A stretch of DNA of 64,000 bases, taken from contig MU058198.1 in NCBI GenBank assembly GCA_013265495.1, positions 694,419 through 758,418 of the forward strand, in the 5' to 3' direction. Below are positions 38,220 to 52,502 of this stretch, piece by piece. A program made the position numbers and the translations under genes. Each line of letters opens with the position of its first letter. Position 1 is the stretch's first letter. Source of the stretch: Vicugna vicugna (taxonomy: Eukaryota). The notes under the pieces were generated by a model. That model did not search any database, had not been told where the DNA came from, and was given only the letters and a program-made list of their open reading frames with translations.

Positions 38220-39269
38220 GCTAAAGGACTCTTGATTTTTGCTCCCATTTTAAAAAAGAGATAAGAAGGAATTGATTATTATACAAGTGATGCTTGTGCT
38301 GTGTAGAAAAGTTAGAAATGACCAATAAGAAAAAACAAAAACTGAAACCCCACATCAGTCATAATCCTATCCTTGTTAATATTAAATATCTTTGTGGGCT
38401 TTTTAAAATTTATGTACACCCATAACTTCTATGTTTAGTACAGATTCATGTATTTTTAACATTATAGTCACCGTTTGTAACCCGCTCTTTTTGTAACCTA
38501 CTTAGCAATAATGTATCAGGGACAGCTTTCCTTACACCACTTGTAGTAACTGGCTGGACTTACATTGTGGGGCTGCACCTTGATGCATTGAACCGGTGGC
38601 CTGCTGTTGGACATACAAGTTTCTGATTTCTTGGAACTCTAAACAATACTTCAGTGAAAATCCTTGTTTATATTTCCGTATGCATGTGGGACTCTGGTTG
38701 TGAGCATCTGTCTTCGGTTAGTGTCGGATAGGAAACCTTTCCCTCCTATGCCCTCTGGTTTCAGCTGCTAAATCTTGTTGATATGTGTCTTTGGTAACGA
38801 TTCTTTGATTCATCCATTCAGCAAATATTTTTGGACTCTGAAAATGTAAGGAGGTATAATGTGGTTAAGGGCAAGGGCTATTTTGATATTACTTGATCTT
38901 TTATGCATAGGTATTATTTTGATAAAATTTAAAAATAATTTTTTAAGAGAGGGTATTGGAATCAGATACAGCTGGATTGTAGTGTCAGTTGGGCTTCTTA
39001 CTTGAATCACCTCCGATCACTGAGTCTCAGTCTATTCATGCATAAAAAAGGGACAGTAATGTTCTGAGCATCAACATCACATGGGTAACTGTGTACTAGT
39101 GCACCCGGCACATAGCAAGTACTCAATAAACAACTTGCTATTATTATGATTATTCTTAGGATCATGGGAATCACATGTAGAATAACAACAGTGAATATCA
39201 TGGTGGTCTGATCACAGGCTGTCCATTTTTCATCTCCTGTTGATCTCTGCCGTTTATTGACTTCACTCT

Positions 39270-40775
39270 TGCCTATTAGCCTATTCTACATACTTGCAAC
39301 CTACACAACAGGTTAATATCCAGACTGTAAAGAATCCCTATAAATAACAAGAAAAAAAGAGAACAATAGAATAGAAACATGAAATAGAAAAATAGACAAA
39401 GGCTAGGATCATGAAAGGGGAGGAGATGCAGAGAACTGATGGCAAATCAAAAGATACTCATCTCACTAATGTTGAAGGAAATAAAAATAGAACCACAGTG
39501 ATATCATGCCTCACAGATCAGCAAAAATATAAATGTTTGACAATGTGAGGAATGGATGAAGCTCTGGAGAAGGGAACTTTCATGTATTAGTGCATAATTG
39601 GTACTGCCCTACTGGAGAGAAAGTTGGCAAAACCTAGTAAAAAAGAAAATAAATATACTCTTTGACCTAGAAATTTTGCTTCTAAGTATGTACTCTGTTG
39701 CAAAAATTCTCAATAGTGTATACAAAGTACTCTGAAGAAGGACATTAAGTGCAACATTGTTTGAAATATAAAGAAATGGAAATGACCATATGGTCCTTTA
39801 ACAGAAGAATGTACAAATAAAACTTTTTCTGAACAGCTTTATTGAAGTACAATTTATATACTATAAAATCCACTCTTTACACAAGTGTCTATCAAAGATG
39901 AATGGATAAACAAAATGTGGTATATCTATCAATGGAATATTATTCAGCCTAAAAAGGGAAGGAAATTCTGTCACATGCTGTCACGAGGATGAAACTTAAG
40001 GACATTGTGCTGAGTGAAATAAGCCAGTGGCAGAAAAAGAGAAATATTGTATGATTCCATTTATATGAGGCACCTGGAGTAGTCAAATTCATAGAGACAG
40101 AAAGTACAATACTGGGTTCCAGGGGCAGGGGAAGGGGTAATGGGGGGTTGTTTTTTAGTGGGTATGGAGTTTCAGTTTTACAGGATAAAAGAATTCTGGA
40201 GATTGGTTACACAGCAATGTGAATGTCCTTAACACTACCGAGTTACACACTAAAAATTGGTTAGGATGGTTAATTTTATGTTATGTGAATTTTGCCACAA
40301 TTTTAAAGAATGATTGTTAAAAGTCCACTCATTTCAAGTGGAACAAATTTAGAGATGTGCAACCTTCACTACGACCTAATTTCAGAACATTTTTATCATC
40401 ACAGAAAGATCTCTAGTGATCATTTGAAGTCATTCCTCATTCCCACTCGTACCCCCAGGCAACCACTAATCTAGTTTTTATTTCTATAGATTTATCTTTT
40501 CTGGACATTTCATGTACACAGAATCACAGATTATATAGTCTTTTGCATCTCATTTATTTCACTTAGTTCAGTGTCTTGGAGTCACCTATGATTTAGCATG
40601 CATCAGTACTTTGCTATTGCCGAATAATGCTCCATTGCATGGATATACCACAGTTTGTTTAGGGGTTGTTTTCACTTTGGGCTATTGTGAATAATGCTCC
40701 TGTGAACATTTGCATGCTAGTCTTTGTGTGGATGTATGTTTCCATTTCTCCTGGGTAGATAACTAGGAGTGGAGG
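39270..40775. mobile_element. Nested cluster of old L1M fragments
   Basis: Plus-strand L1 3' segment about 39876-40319 (GATGAATGGATAAACAAAATGTGG...) sits within a minus-strand L1 fragment, next to an older plus-strand L1 fragment. Confidence 0.78.
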
Positions 40776-42458
40776 AAACTTGAGTTTTTGACCTGACCTT
40801 ACTACGTTTGACTGACTATCATGACATTTAAATGGGTCCAGACAGCAGATCCCAATTTCACATTTTGGAATTTAGCACCTAAATATGAAATATGGTTCAA
40901 AGTAAAGGGCTGTTTCATATTGATCTACCATTGCCAAGCAGTTGCCATCTAAGTGATTAATCGATGATTAATGGCAATCATTTGTAGAGCACTTCGTAAA
41001 TGCCAGGCATCACTTCACATTGTGGTCTCATGTAATCGTTACTTTGAGTGGATACTTTTATTGTCCCTTTTTGTTACGGAGGAAACTCGCAGCTCAGAAG
41101 TACACAAGTTCACATGGCTCCCAAGAGGAAGGGCCTGCATTGGAACCCAGGAGTCTGGCTTCAGAGCCTGGCACTCAGTTCTACTACGTCTATAAGGCTT
41201 TTAGTATTGAAAAGACTTCCCTTTGCGACTCTTTTAATGGCTGTCAGATCCAGTTTGTAAACCGTGCAAGAAAATCTTCTTATAACTTTATAGTCATGCT
41301 TCTTTCCTTTTTTCTTTTTAACAAAAGCAGCATTGATCACTTCATTCCCAAACTTGGCCAGGAGTTGCTTTTGTTTCTAAAAATCAAAGTCATCCTCAAA
41401 AGACAAGGCTTTACAAAGAAAGTCAACAGGCTCTGACCTGAGCGTGACCCTGTGGTTGTCTTACAAAATAAAGGCAGTGGCTTTCTGACAGGGTTTTCCT
41501 TCTCCACTCTGAAGCTTTGTCCTCCTGCCTTCAGGGGATGGCTTTGTGCCAGGTGGCTGTGGTCGCAGTCTTGAGTGGCTACTCAACAGGGAGAACAGTA
41601 CCACTTGGCCATAAATTGCAATTCATTTTTTAATGTTCTGGCATCAGTTAACTTTGCGCTACCTAATAAACTACCTTAAAAGTTAGTCTTAAAACAACAA
41701 CAGATTATTTAGCTCACTGTTCTGCAAGTCAGCAGTTTGGACTGGGCTCAGCTGCAAGGTTCTTCTGGCCACAGCTTTGCGTTCATTCGTGTGTCTGTGG
41801 TCAGCTCCCAGGTAGGCCGGGTGCTGACTGGTCTAGGACGGCCTCAGCTGGGACAGATCATCTCCGTTCCACCTGGTCGCTCGTCTTCTGTCCGATTAAC
41901 CCTGGATTATTATTCCAGATCCCTGATAGCTGGAGAGGGTTGCAAGAACTTGAGTAGAAGCCCTCAAGGCCTCTTGAACCTCAGTCTTGGGACTGGCCCA
42001 GTGTCACTTTTGCTGTCTTACACTGGCCAAAGCAAGGCGCAAGGCGCGCCCAGATTCAAGGAGTGAGGAAACAGAGTCCAGCCCCTGCTGGGAAGACATA
42101 CAGAGTCACATTGCACAGGGTGTGGATGCAGGGAGGGGTGGAGAATGGAGGCCCTTTTTGCCATGTACCTCTTACATTGAGTTAGAAATAATATGGGTTT
42201 GGCAGCCGATGGCAGACTTGACTTCTGGCTCTAGCCTGGTAGCTTCAGAGAGGTTACTTGTCTGCAGCCCCCCCTCACCCCCCCATCACTTATAAACCAC
42301 AGGCAGCATTACTGAGAGGATTACATGAGGTAATGTGTGAAGGAGCCAGCTCCGGAGTCCAGCTGGGTTCAAATTCTTACCCTTCCATGTATGTGTAAGT
42401 GATTTAGGGGAAGGTATTTAGCCTTTCTGTGCTCTTATTTCCTAATCTGAAAAATGGG

Positions 42459-42597
42459 AATAATAATAATAATAATAATAATAAGAAGAAGAAGAAGAAG
42501 GAGAAGGAGAAGGAGAAGGAGAAGGAGAAGGAGAAGGAGAAGGAGAAGGAGAAGGGAGAAGGAGAAGGAGAAGGAGAAGGAGAAGGAGAAGAAGAAG

Positions 42598-42627
<30 letters not shown>
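42459..42627 (+). repeat. Compound microsatellite (AAT)n-(AAG)n-(GAGAAG)n-(GAA)n inside a MIR
   Basis: Read directly; 42483-42627 is a 145-nt pure purine tract. Confidence 0.95.
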
Positions 42628-42629
<2 letters not shown>

Positions 42630-43789
42630 GCTGTTGTGAGGATAAATGAGTTAAGTAAAATTTAAAAGAGTGCCTGGCACTTAGAAAGCATTCATCACAT
42701 GCTAACTGTTGTTGACATGAAAAACATTATCTTGGAAAATGGCAAGTCTATGAAAGGAATGTCATTTCCTCATGGCCCCTGCTGGGTGACCAGTTGTTGC
42801 TTGAATGATGGAAGGTGGTGTCCTTGTTACTGCTTTCTGGGTATTACACGTGGCCCAGGATGGACCTTCCCCAACCCTTAAGGCACACCTTAAAGGCCTT
42901 GAAGAAAAGATACATGTTTGTAAAAATCTAACCATAACTCTTAGAAGTTATGGTGAGCTCAGAACCTAACAGTGCAATATGAATACACCTCCAAGGGTTA
43001 AAGAGATACGAAAGTCACAGCTAGGGCCAAAAAAAAAAAAAGAAGAAGAGAGAAAAAAAAGAAAAAAGAAAATACAGCAAATATCCTAGACTTCTCTTGC
43101 GAATTTGTCTGAAGGATAGAAGCCCCTTTTTAATTTTTTTAATTAAAAAAAATTTTAACACCTTTATTGTGGTATGGCTCTTGTACAGCAAACTACATAT
43201 ATTTCAAATGTACAGTTTGATGAATTTTGATAGATGTATGATCAAGACAGCTAACATTTCCATCACTCCCCAAGAGGCGCAATTTTCAAATTCCCAGTTT
43301 ATGTCTTCCCACCCCCTTTAACTCCTGGTAACCTTAAGTTTGCTCTCTCTGTCTGTTTCTGTTTTGTGGATAAGTTGATTTGTGTCCTTTTTTTTTAGAG
43401 TCCACATATAAGCAATATCATGTGGCATTTTTCTTTCTCTTTCTGTAGAAGCCATTTTTTAAAACCAAGGAAAATAAGATTCAGTTGATTTTTTTTTAAC
43501 AAGAACATATCTTCAAAATAAATCATTGACCCTCTTAGTTGTATAAGAAACTTCATTCTCCTGTTACATTTTAGGAATAGGAAAACCCAAGTCATAATCT
43601 AGTCCCAGACCTAGAAGAGGTTTAAACTCTTAATCCCTTAGAATAAAGAGTTATCCAGAAAATAGAGAAAAGAAGTGAAATAGTGCTTTCTTGAAATCAA
43701 AGTTCTGTGTCAGAAACCAAGTACTGTGGATTTTTCTAAATCTTTCCACCTGAAAGAGTATCTGTCTGTTACTGACAACGTTCTGAAGC

Positions 43790-43987
43790 AAGGGGCTACA
43801 AACCATGGACCCTGGGGGGCCAGCCACCTGTTTCTGTAAATGAAGTTTTACTGAAGCACAGTCATACTCATTGCTTCACGTACCGTCCATGGCCACTTTG
43901 GTATTATAGTGGCAAAGCTGAATAGTGGTAACAGAAGCCTAAAATATTTACTCTCTGGCCCTTCAGAAAAAGCTTGCTGACCCCTGT
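43790..43987 (+). mobile_element. MER58A-like hAT MITE
   Basis: GTAAATGAAGTTTTACTGAAGCACAGTCAT...AAAATATTTACTCTCTGGCCCTT...GCTGACCCCTG. A second copy lies at about 57020-57250 on the minus strand. Confidence 0.72.
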
Positions 43988-46900
43988 TCTGAAGTCCTGG
44001 AACTACCAGATTTTTATAGTAGTAGCTGCTGTTGTTGGTGTGTGGGAGGCAGGATAAGGGAAGCTTAAGCAAAGAGTTTAGAGCCACGCTGACTTGAATT
44101 TAGGGCCCAGCTCTGCCTCCTTCTACATATGTGACCTTTGATCTTGTTAGCATTGTGACCTCATTGCCTTAGGCATCCTAAGCCTTAGTCTTCTCCCCTG
44201 TAAAATGGAAATAATGGTAATTAATTGCTTCATGTAGGGAATTTACAAGAATGTAAAGAAGATCGTGCATTTAAAGCATTTGTCTCAGTGACTGGCACAG
44301 CTATAGTGAAAAGTAGCAACAATAAGAACAAAATTAAATTGGGAAAAAGTTCCTTGGGGCTGGAACGGAAGACTGAAGGTGAGGGCAGTATGTAAGGCAG
44401 AGGCAGGCTGAGACTAGCCACGTGTGGGCCTGAGGGAGGAAGGTGGAGCCCTCTGGCAGGACACTGTGATGAAGGACAGGGACGCTGAATCCCCCCTCCA
44501 CCTTTTGCTAGCTCTGGGCCTCTGGGGAGATTCCTTAAACTCTGTGAGCCTCAGTTTTCTTCTCTGATAAATGGGAGGGTGATAATCATGGTACCCACTC
44601 CCCATGGCTATAGGGAGGAGTGAATGAGATGATGTGGGTATAGCACTTTGCACAGAGGGGGGTGCTCAGTAAGGGGCCCATTTTGTCATTAAGAATCATG
44701 CTTAAAGGAGGGACTCAGAAGGAGAGGGAGATGTCAGTGAGTGAAAAACCAGAGAGGAGAGATGGACCCAGGTGGACAGTGAAAGAATAAATCTAGTTTC
44801 AGGCAGGAATATTGAGATGGACCAGGACAGACAACATCAGAGCCTCTGCCAGAAGCTTCCTTTCGTACAGGCCCTGACCTACCTTCTCCATTTTCTCTGA
44901 GCAGAGGGCATACCTTGAAGAAAATGCTTTAGACCCTTTGGTCTCTTGGAGACATGACTGGGAAGCTAGCTTTGCAAATAATTTCAATTCTGAGACCGGA
45001 GTGTTTGTGGGAGCAGAATTTTCATGAAGACATGCTTGTTTCTTACAGAGTCTTGGTTGATAATGAGCTTCCTGATCTTCCATTTATAGTTATAACTGCC
45101 TTCCCTGGTGCCCCTGGGCTGCCAGAGTCTATGTGAGCTGGAAGAGAGGAAAGGTTTTAAGGCAGGAAATTTAACTGTGCAATTGTTAAGATAGACCTTC
45201 AACAGTCTCTTTAGATGGATGATTGATTAAGAGGCCACGATCCCATTCCTGTTCTCTCATGAACTGGGTGGTATTCCGCTGGAGCAAATTAAGTTTGAGA
45301 CATGTAAATATCATTATAAAGATTAGACATTACAGTTGGCTTGATGGTCTTAACTGATCCCCTGACATTTGGCCATGCCTTTGGATTAGCTTAATTGGAA
45401 CATGAGTGATCAGAACTTAATTAGAACTTAATTGGACTGCTGTATTAAACATAGCTGGCTTGGTGGCTGCATTGTAAACTTCACTTGGAAATTCTTTCCA
45501 ATGCATCTCTGAATATATCTGGGGTGCTCAGAGTAAAGTTAATTATTTTTACTGTAAGCAGTTTTTTGATAAGAGGGTTACTGTTACCAGTAAAAAGTAG
45601 TATGTACTCAAGACTTTGTTTCAGCTGGATGTGTTTAGTATGCGGCGCTAACATTGCCATATTTGCTGGTGTCAACTCCTTGAGGCAGGTCCTGCAAGTG
45701 CCAGAAAACCCCATTCAGACTGACTTAAGTAGAGAAGGGTTGTCTGTTTCTGTAGACGAGAGGCCCGTGGGAAGATCTTCTTTCACAGCTTGATCTGGGG
45801 GCCCAGACGATGATGTCTCCGTGGCTTGGTTCCTGCTCCATCTCTTGATTGTTTTGTCTGGTGTGACTCCACCCTCAAAGGGTCCTTCCTCTGTGGCACC
45901 AGCCTGTGTGTCATAAGGCTTAAGGGTAGCAGAGAAAGAGAAAGTCTCTCCCAGAGTTTCTCTCCAATTGAACAGGTCAGTGACCCACTTTGGAGTCAGT
46001 CCTTGGAACTAGAGGGATTTAGTGGGCTGTTAGGCAAATGGAAGGGGCCCTACCCAATGCGCACAGCTTTAGCGTTGCGGAAGGGTGGGTCTCCAACAGG
46101 AACTCAGGACACTGTTACCAAAAGAAGGCAGAAGGGACACTGGACAGCTATCTTGGCTAGGGTTCATTATGTTGCAACTAGCAAGAAACTGGCTTAGTTA
46201 ATAAAGGGGATTTGTTGGCTCAGAAAACTAGAAGTTTCTGAGATAAAGAAGGAAGCCTTCAGGATTGGTTTGATTCAGGTGCTCAGTGATATAATTGAAA
46301 ACTTGGTTCTCTTTTGTCTCTCTGCTTGGCCTCTGACAGAGTCAACTTTATCCTTAAGCTGGCTCCCCTCAAAATAGCCAAACAGCTACAGCCACTGGCC
46401 TAGGTTTTACCTCAGCCAGAAGGAGAGGATGGTCGAGCTATTTCAGAAAAACAAAGGAAATGGTTCCCCAGAAGCCCCAGCCCCTCTCTTCCCACAGCGT
46501 TTCTCTCTGAAATTGATTATGTGTCCGTTTCTAGTCAGTGACTCCCCCTGGCCAGGATAAATGTGGACCAGGTTAGTCTGGGTGTAGGTGGCGGGTGCAG
46601 TGGGATTATCTGCCTGCCTTACCAGTGTCCACGCCTGAAGCTGGCGATGAGGCGCATCCTCTATCCAGGTTGAAGGTGGTTGCTGGATGTTGAATGAATA
46701 ACCACAGTGGGGCCATGACCTACTCATTTCTTTCTAGCATTTAACACAGGGGCCTGGGATATAGCAGGTTCTCAGTAAATATTTACCAAACAGGGCCAAA
46801 CTGGAACAGTGTACCTTGCTTAATTTGGAAAGAAATCAGGAGTTTTATGCATGAGTAAAATGATGGCTGAAAATAAATCTTATCTCAGCTCTAAATATGG

Positions 46901-49900
46901 ATTCCATGCAGTGTCTGGATAGAGGTGATAAGACTTTCCACCTCTTTTCCCGTCCTATCCCGCGCAACGTTAAGTTTTCCCTCTCGGCTTTCGGTTACTC
47001 ATCAAATTCCATTACGGTGAAGTGTTGTAAACAATAGTTAGTGTCAGGAAACTGTTTCTAACTCTTGATAAGTCCTTTGATGATCTCATGATGTTAAAAT
47101 TTGCTACTATGAATAATTCAGTAAAACAAAGCTTTTCTTCTTTTTATATTCCTTGCCCATGGACTAGGCAGTTTATTATAGTATTTCTTTAAATATAAAA
47201 TACCTGAGTATCTTTTAAAAAGTGCAAGGGATCTTGCCCAGTGAGAGAAGAAACTGCATTTCCTGGCCTTGGCTTTTAAGGGAAATTAGAAGCACCATCA
47301 GCTTTTGTTCGAAAAAAAAAAAAAATCCTAAGGCGTGGGAAAAATAGATTCTCGCAGGAAAGGAAAGGTGTGGTAGAATTCTTTTTCTGTTACTTTTTAA
47401 AATCGAAAACACTTTTAGAAATGGCCACGTGGCCTGTGCCGGAAGTCTTGATGAATATTTTGTGTTATGAATGCATATTTTTAACTTCTTTTTTGAGAGG
47501 TATTACTTTTCTCTAGTGAAATTCTAATGCAGCGGGGGAAGGAATGAACCCCTGTGTGAAATTTGCTGTAGCAAGCACTTTGGCATCTGGCATGTGCTCA
47601 TCCCTTGAGTTATATAATTATTGCTCGGGTATCTGGAAGTTTGTTGTGGAGAATATCTATGTGGGAGAGGAGGCCGGGATATTCTAAGTGCCTGTCGTGC
47701 CCACAGCCTTAACTGCAGCCCTTTGTCCCTGCTTCATCCATGTCCCCATCACTCTGGCCACAAGTGATTGAGCCAGGAATAAGTGTCAGGCCCTGTGGGA
47801 TGGCAAGTGGCTATGAGATGGTCTGGCATTGCTCTGCCCAAAGGAATGGTCCATCATGGGTAGCCTGCTCAGATCCTCCTGTCTGGGAAGCTGGGACATC
47901 ACAACAGCAGAGAGAATAGGCAGGCCGGGCAGACCATAGTGTGGGTAGAAGGGGAGAGACACCAGAGATGAGGAGAAAGCTTGAAAACCCATGAGTCAGC
48001 AGACCTTGGAGCAGAGAGAGGAGGAGAAAGAACCAGTTAGGAGAGAAAAAAGCAGAAAAAGCAGCAAGTTGAAAAAGAAGCCAGAACCAAAACGTTGAGT
48101 TCCGTGTGGAACCAGAAGCAGAACTGTTGGGTCACAGATGGTAGATGGCTCTGTCTCACCTGTCCTGTGCCCTGGACGCCTCTGGACACTACTTCTTCCC
48201 AAGGCCTGGCTCAGCCCCAGGTAGAGGAATTCTCACACTCCTCTATATATTAGAGATATCTGGGATATATTATTGTTCAAAAACATTTGTGGCCTCTCCC
48301 CAAGGGAACCTTGACCATGTCGTTGCTTTGGTCAGTGGAATGAATGGACATGTCATTTCCAAACATGCGTTAACAGCCAGCACATGGTGCACCATATTCT
48401 TTTCATTTGCTGGGATGACCAGCGATATTTCAGAGAGAGAGGCTGCTCTGTCAGCCTGCGGCCCAGAGTCAAGGCCACACGGTGCAGAGAGCCACAGCTG
48501 GTTGAAATCTTCATGTAACACAAATGAGAAACCATTGATGATATAAGCTTCTTAGATTTGGGGGTTGTTTGTTATATAAACTGACTTTTTTTTAAAAAAA
48601 AGCCCAATAACCAAGGTAACCTGAGCATCTTTCTATCCCCTGCGAACCAACGAACACAAGGTTGTAACCGGCCACACTTCAGTGTACTAATAACCTCACA
48701 GCCTTGCTGGGGTGGAACTACATGAGCTGCCTGAAGCAGAGTCATTGACTTTCCAATGCTCACTTTTCCTCTTCAGTCTTCCAGTCTGTCTCCTATACGT
48801 GCATCCAACATAAAAATTGGTACAAGATACTATCTGGCTTGAACCCTGGTTTCTGCCCTTTCTCTCTTTGGGGTTTGGGTCTTTTATGACATGTTCTCTG
48901 CCCCTGTATCTCCCCCACCCCACAATTTTATTATAAGCGTCTTAAGAATTGAAAGAACTTCAGGGTGGGTACCGGCATATTTACTGCCTAGATTCTGCAG
49001 TTACTGTTTTGCTTTGTTTGCTCCATCAAGTATCTGTCCACCAGTCTGTCAACTCATCCCCCTCTCCCCCTCCATCTTGTTTTTCCAGTCGCACTTCAGA
49101 GTAAGTTGAAGATTCATGATGCCCTGATGATGTTCGATCCCTTGACACTTAGTCGTTTTCCTTTTAATTCTGGATTTTTAAAAAATTGTTTTTTAACCTT
49201 GTGTAAGGTTGCCCCAACTTGGACATTTTCACCCTGTAACAATCACGAGCTCAGTATATTTGTCCACATTACACAAACCCTGGGTGCCCACACTTTCTTA
49301 ATCTCGCTCTTTAATTTTGCTCTCTGTTACTTCCTCTCTTATCTCTTCACTCACCACAACTTTTCATTTGCTTTCCCTCCTCTCTTTCAGCTCCCAGCAG
49401 ATAATTTTAAAACTAAACAACAGCTGAACAATATCCCCACTGTTCCGTGTGTCTGAGTATGCACAGCACGTCCACGCTTGCCCAGAACAGAAGGAAAACA
49501 CAGTTTCTTCCATTTTATTTCTTTGCATCAAAAATGATTAAATCTGTCTGCATGACCTTCATACATCAGACCACTTGGCTATTTTAAAAGTCTATTTAAT
49601 GGAGTAAATCAAGCTGCATTCCCCTCATAGAAGGAATCTTTACCACCAAACGGTGCAGTAAAGGCCAGGGGAACAATGTATCTTTTGTAGGGTGAGAGAG
49701 AGAGACACTGCCAGCCTACAATTGCTGGATTGTTTGAATTATTAGACGGCAAATCGTGCTAGATACATATTTGCATTGTTGCACAAGTATTTTCTTATTT
49801 TGGTTAAAGAAAGCTTTTCAAAGGGGATCCTACTTCTTGCAATGCAGACCCCATTACATGGTCTAGTACATTTAATTTTATTACCATGGCCAGCAGTGTT

Positions 49901-52323
49901 TCAATTTTTTAAATAAAAGGCTATCAGCGGTGAAATAAAAGACTGCAAACAATCTCCAGAAACTCAGGCACCACCATATTTTATTTACTAACAGCCGTAA
50001 TAAAGCTTTCAGTGAAAAATCGTAAGTAGCACTTTCCTTTTTGATGTGAATCAATTTCACAACAATCTTTTCAACTTTATCTAAGCTAATAAAGCTAATT
50101 TGGCTATTTCAAAATGAAGGGGGAAAAAGAAAATGAAGAAAAAATTTTCATAATAAAATATTAGGGGTAAAAAGTGAAGAGAAATTGTCCAGAATTTATT
50201 AGCAATTCCTACTTAGAACTGTCAGAATTCTTGTACATGAGTTCTTTCTTGCTTTTTTGCTTGAGAGTTGAATGGTGAACTCACTCATTCACTTATTCAT
50301 CACTCATTGATCACCTACTTTGTGCAAGGCACTCAATGAAGCACTGGGACTATAAAGAAAAAGAAGACATGCCCTGTCCTCAGAGAGTTTATAGTCTGAC
50401 CGGGTAGATGGATGTGTGGGCTGGCAGTGGTGGTGGACACGTGGGCTGCAGTTACATCGGAGGTGCTATGACAGAGAACTGGCAGTGGTCGGCGGGGAGT
50501 CTACTCTAAACTGAAGAGGGTAAGAATGCTCAGAAAGGCTTCCAGGAGGCATCTTGAAGGACAAATGGAGTTAGCCAATGGGAGGAGAAAGGAATAGCAG
50601 CGAAAACCCTTTCTATTGCAAGCAATACACAACTCAGTGCAAACTGACTAAGTGAAGAGAAGGGACTGAATTGCCTCGTGTACCTGAAAGGTGCAAGGGG
50701 TTTTGGCTTCAGGTATAGCTGGATCCAGGGTCTAGTATAGTGTCACTAGGAATCTATCACTGGTGGTCTACCCAACAGCATCTCGTTTCTTCCTTACTAA
50801 TAGAACCCCAAGTTTGTTCACTCTAATCAGAGTTGTTGTGTCCTTCAGGAGTGGCTGGGCTTAACTAATTATATTTGTAATGATCCTATTTCCAAATAAG
50901 GTCACATTCTGAAGATTGGAGGTTAGGATGTCAGTGTATGAATTTGGGGCAGCGGGGAGACACAGTTCAACCCCTAACACCCTGCCTGCCCTTTTCTCTT
51001 CCCTCTCGGACCTCCTGCTGGTACCTCTCAGTGACTGGACCCAACAAGAGAGTAAACGAGCCTGGCTGATGCGAACCATAAAGTCAGCCTCCTGAGGCAC
51101 AGAGCAGGGTGGGGAAGGGTACAGCTGGAGGGGCATAGAGAGAATTTCCAGCAGAGTCTGCCTTGCCTTCATTCTTGAAAGGAATCTCTCCACATGGCAG
51201 ACAATTGGTTCTTAGCCCCTGCTATCTTAAAAGGAGAGAGAGACACCTTTTATCTCCCAGTTTCTATAACAGTTTGCTACAAGGAGTTAACTGGTTCTGT
51301 CTGGGTTGCAAGGCGCTTTAAACGAGACTTCGAGGCAGGAGACCTGGTGCTCCACCCCATTGCTGCTGTCAGTGCGCTCTCTCCCCTCTTATTCCAGGAA
51401 GGTTTTCCCTTATGGTTTACTGGCTGTCTGTCACCTAGGAACTGCATTCAATTGCATGTTATGAAAACTCAGGAGCGGTGGCAATAATACAGATGAAGTT
51501 TATTTTTCCTTACATACCAAGATACCCAGAGTAGGTCAGCCCCAAGCTGGTACAGTGGCTTAAGGAAGTCATCAAAGGCCCAAGTTCCTTCTAACCCCCT
51601 GCTTTTGGCCTCATGGTGATGGTGCTGCTCCACATCCAGCCCCACATCTGTCTTCCAGACTGAAAGAAGCAGAAGGAAACTTCAAGGAAGAAGGGGCACC
51701 AGAAATCAAGAAAGTAGAACTTTCTCGGAGATCTGTGGGACACGTCTGTTTCCGTCTCCTACAGCAGAACGATGTCATATGGTTGTCCCTTGCTACATGG
51801 GAAATGTAGTTTTTTCCCCCTGGACTGATTGTCAATCCAATTTCCGTGAACAAGCATGGAGTGGAGAGTGGCTCTTGGGTGGGCAGCTGGCAGGGTCAGT
51901 GCACTGGCCAATGGCACCCTCGTGCTCGGTTTCCACATCTGAAAATGGCACCCAGACCTGAAGTCCTGCTGTTCTGAGGGTTTGAGTGGACTAGGGGGAA
52001 GCAATGAATATAGTTACTCAGAATCAAGTTTTAGATTTAAGTGAAATCCTTCTGAAACAAGTCCAAAATGCATGTAATAAGCCTTCTACTATGTGCACTG
52101 TCTTTTATTAGTCCTTGCTAAAGTAGTCAGAAAATATGCTTACCCAGAGAAACGTCTTCAGAATTCTTTATGTTGCCTGAGGTGTTGTTTGTTGATGTGT
52201 TTATGAACCCCATATTTGTTATGCATATTTCACCTAACACAAGCAATCAATTAACCCCTCTTCCTTTGTCCTATCCAAACATGTAGGCAAAGAATATCAT
52301 TTAATTCTCTTTTCTCTCTTTAG

Positions 52324-52376
52324 AGGAAAAGAACCAGATTCATTGCCTGTGATTTTCTGACTGAATGGTTATACAA
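52324..52376 (+). CDS. IQCK: IQCK exon 5 (RKRTRFIACDFLTEWLY)
   Basis: Long pyrimidine tract plus TAG|, donor AA|GTAAGT; 53 nt, phase 0/2; follows a 26-kb intron. Confidence 0.94.
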
Positions 52377-52502
52377 GTAAGTTTTTCATATTCACTGACC
52401 CTAAGGATTTCACAGTGTTAATTTGCAAGCAGAATAGCAACAATTGACTTGACTTCTTGCTTATTGTTTTCTTGTCAATCAAACATATGGCATCGTGACC
52501 AG

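Noticed and set aside
42429..42665. ORF with N/K/KE/GE/E runs
   Set aside because: It is the translation of a compound microsatellite.
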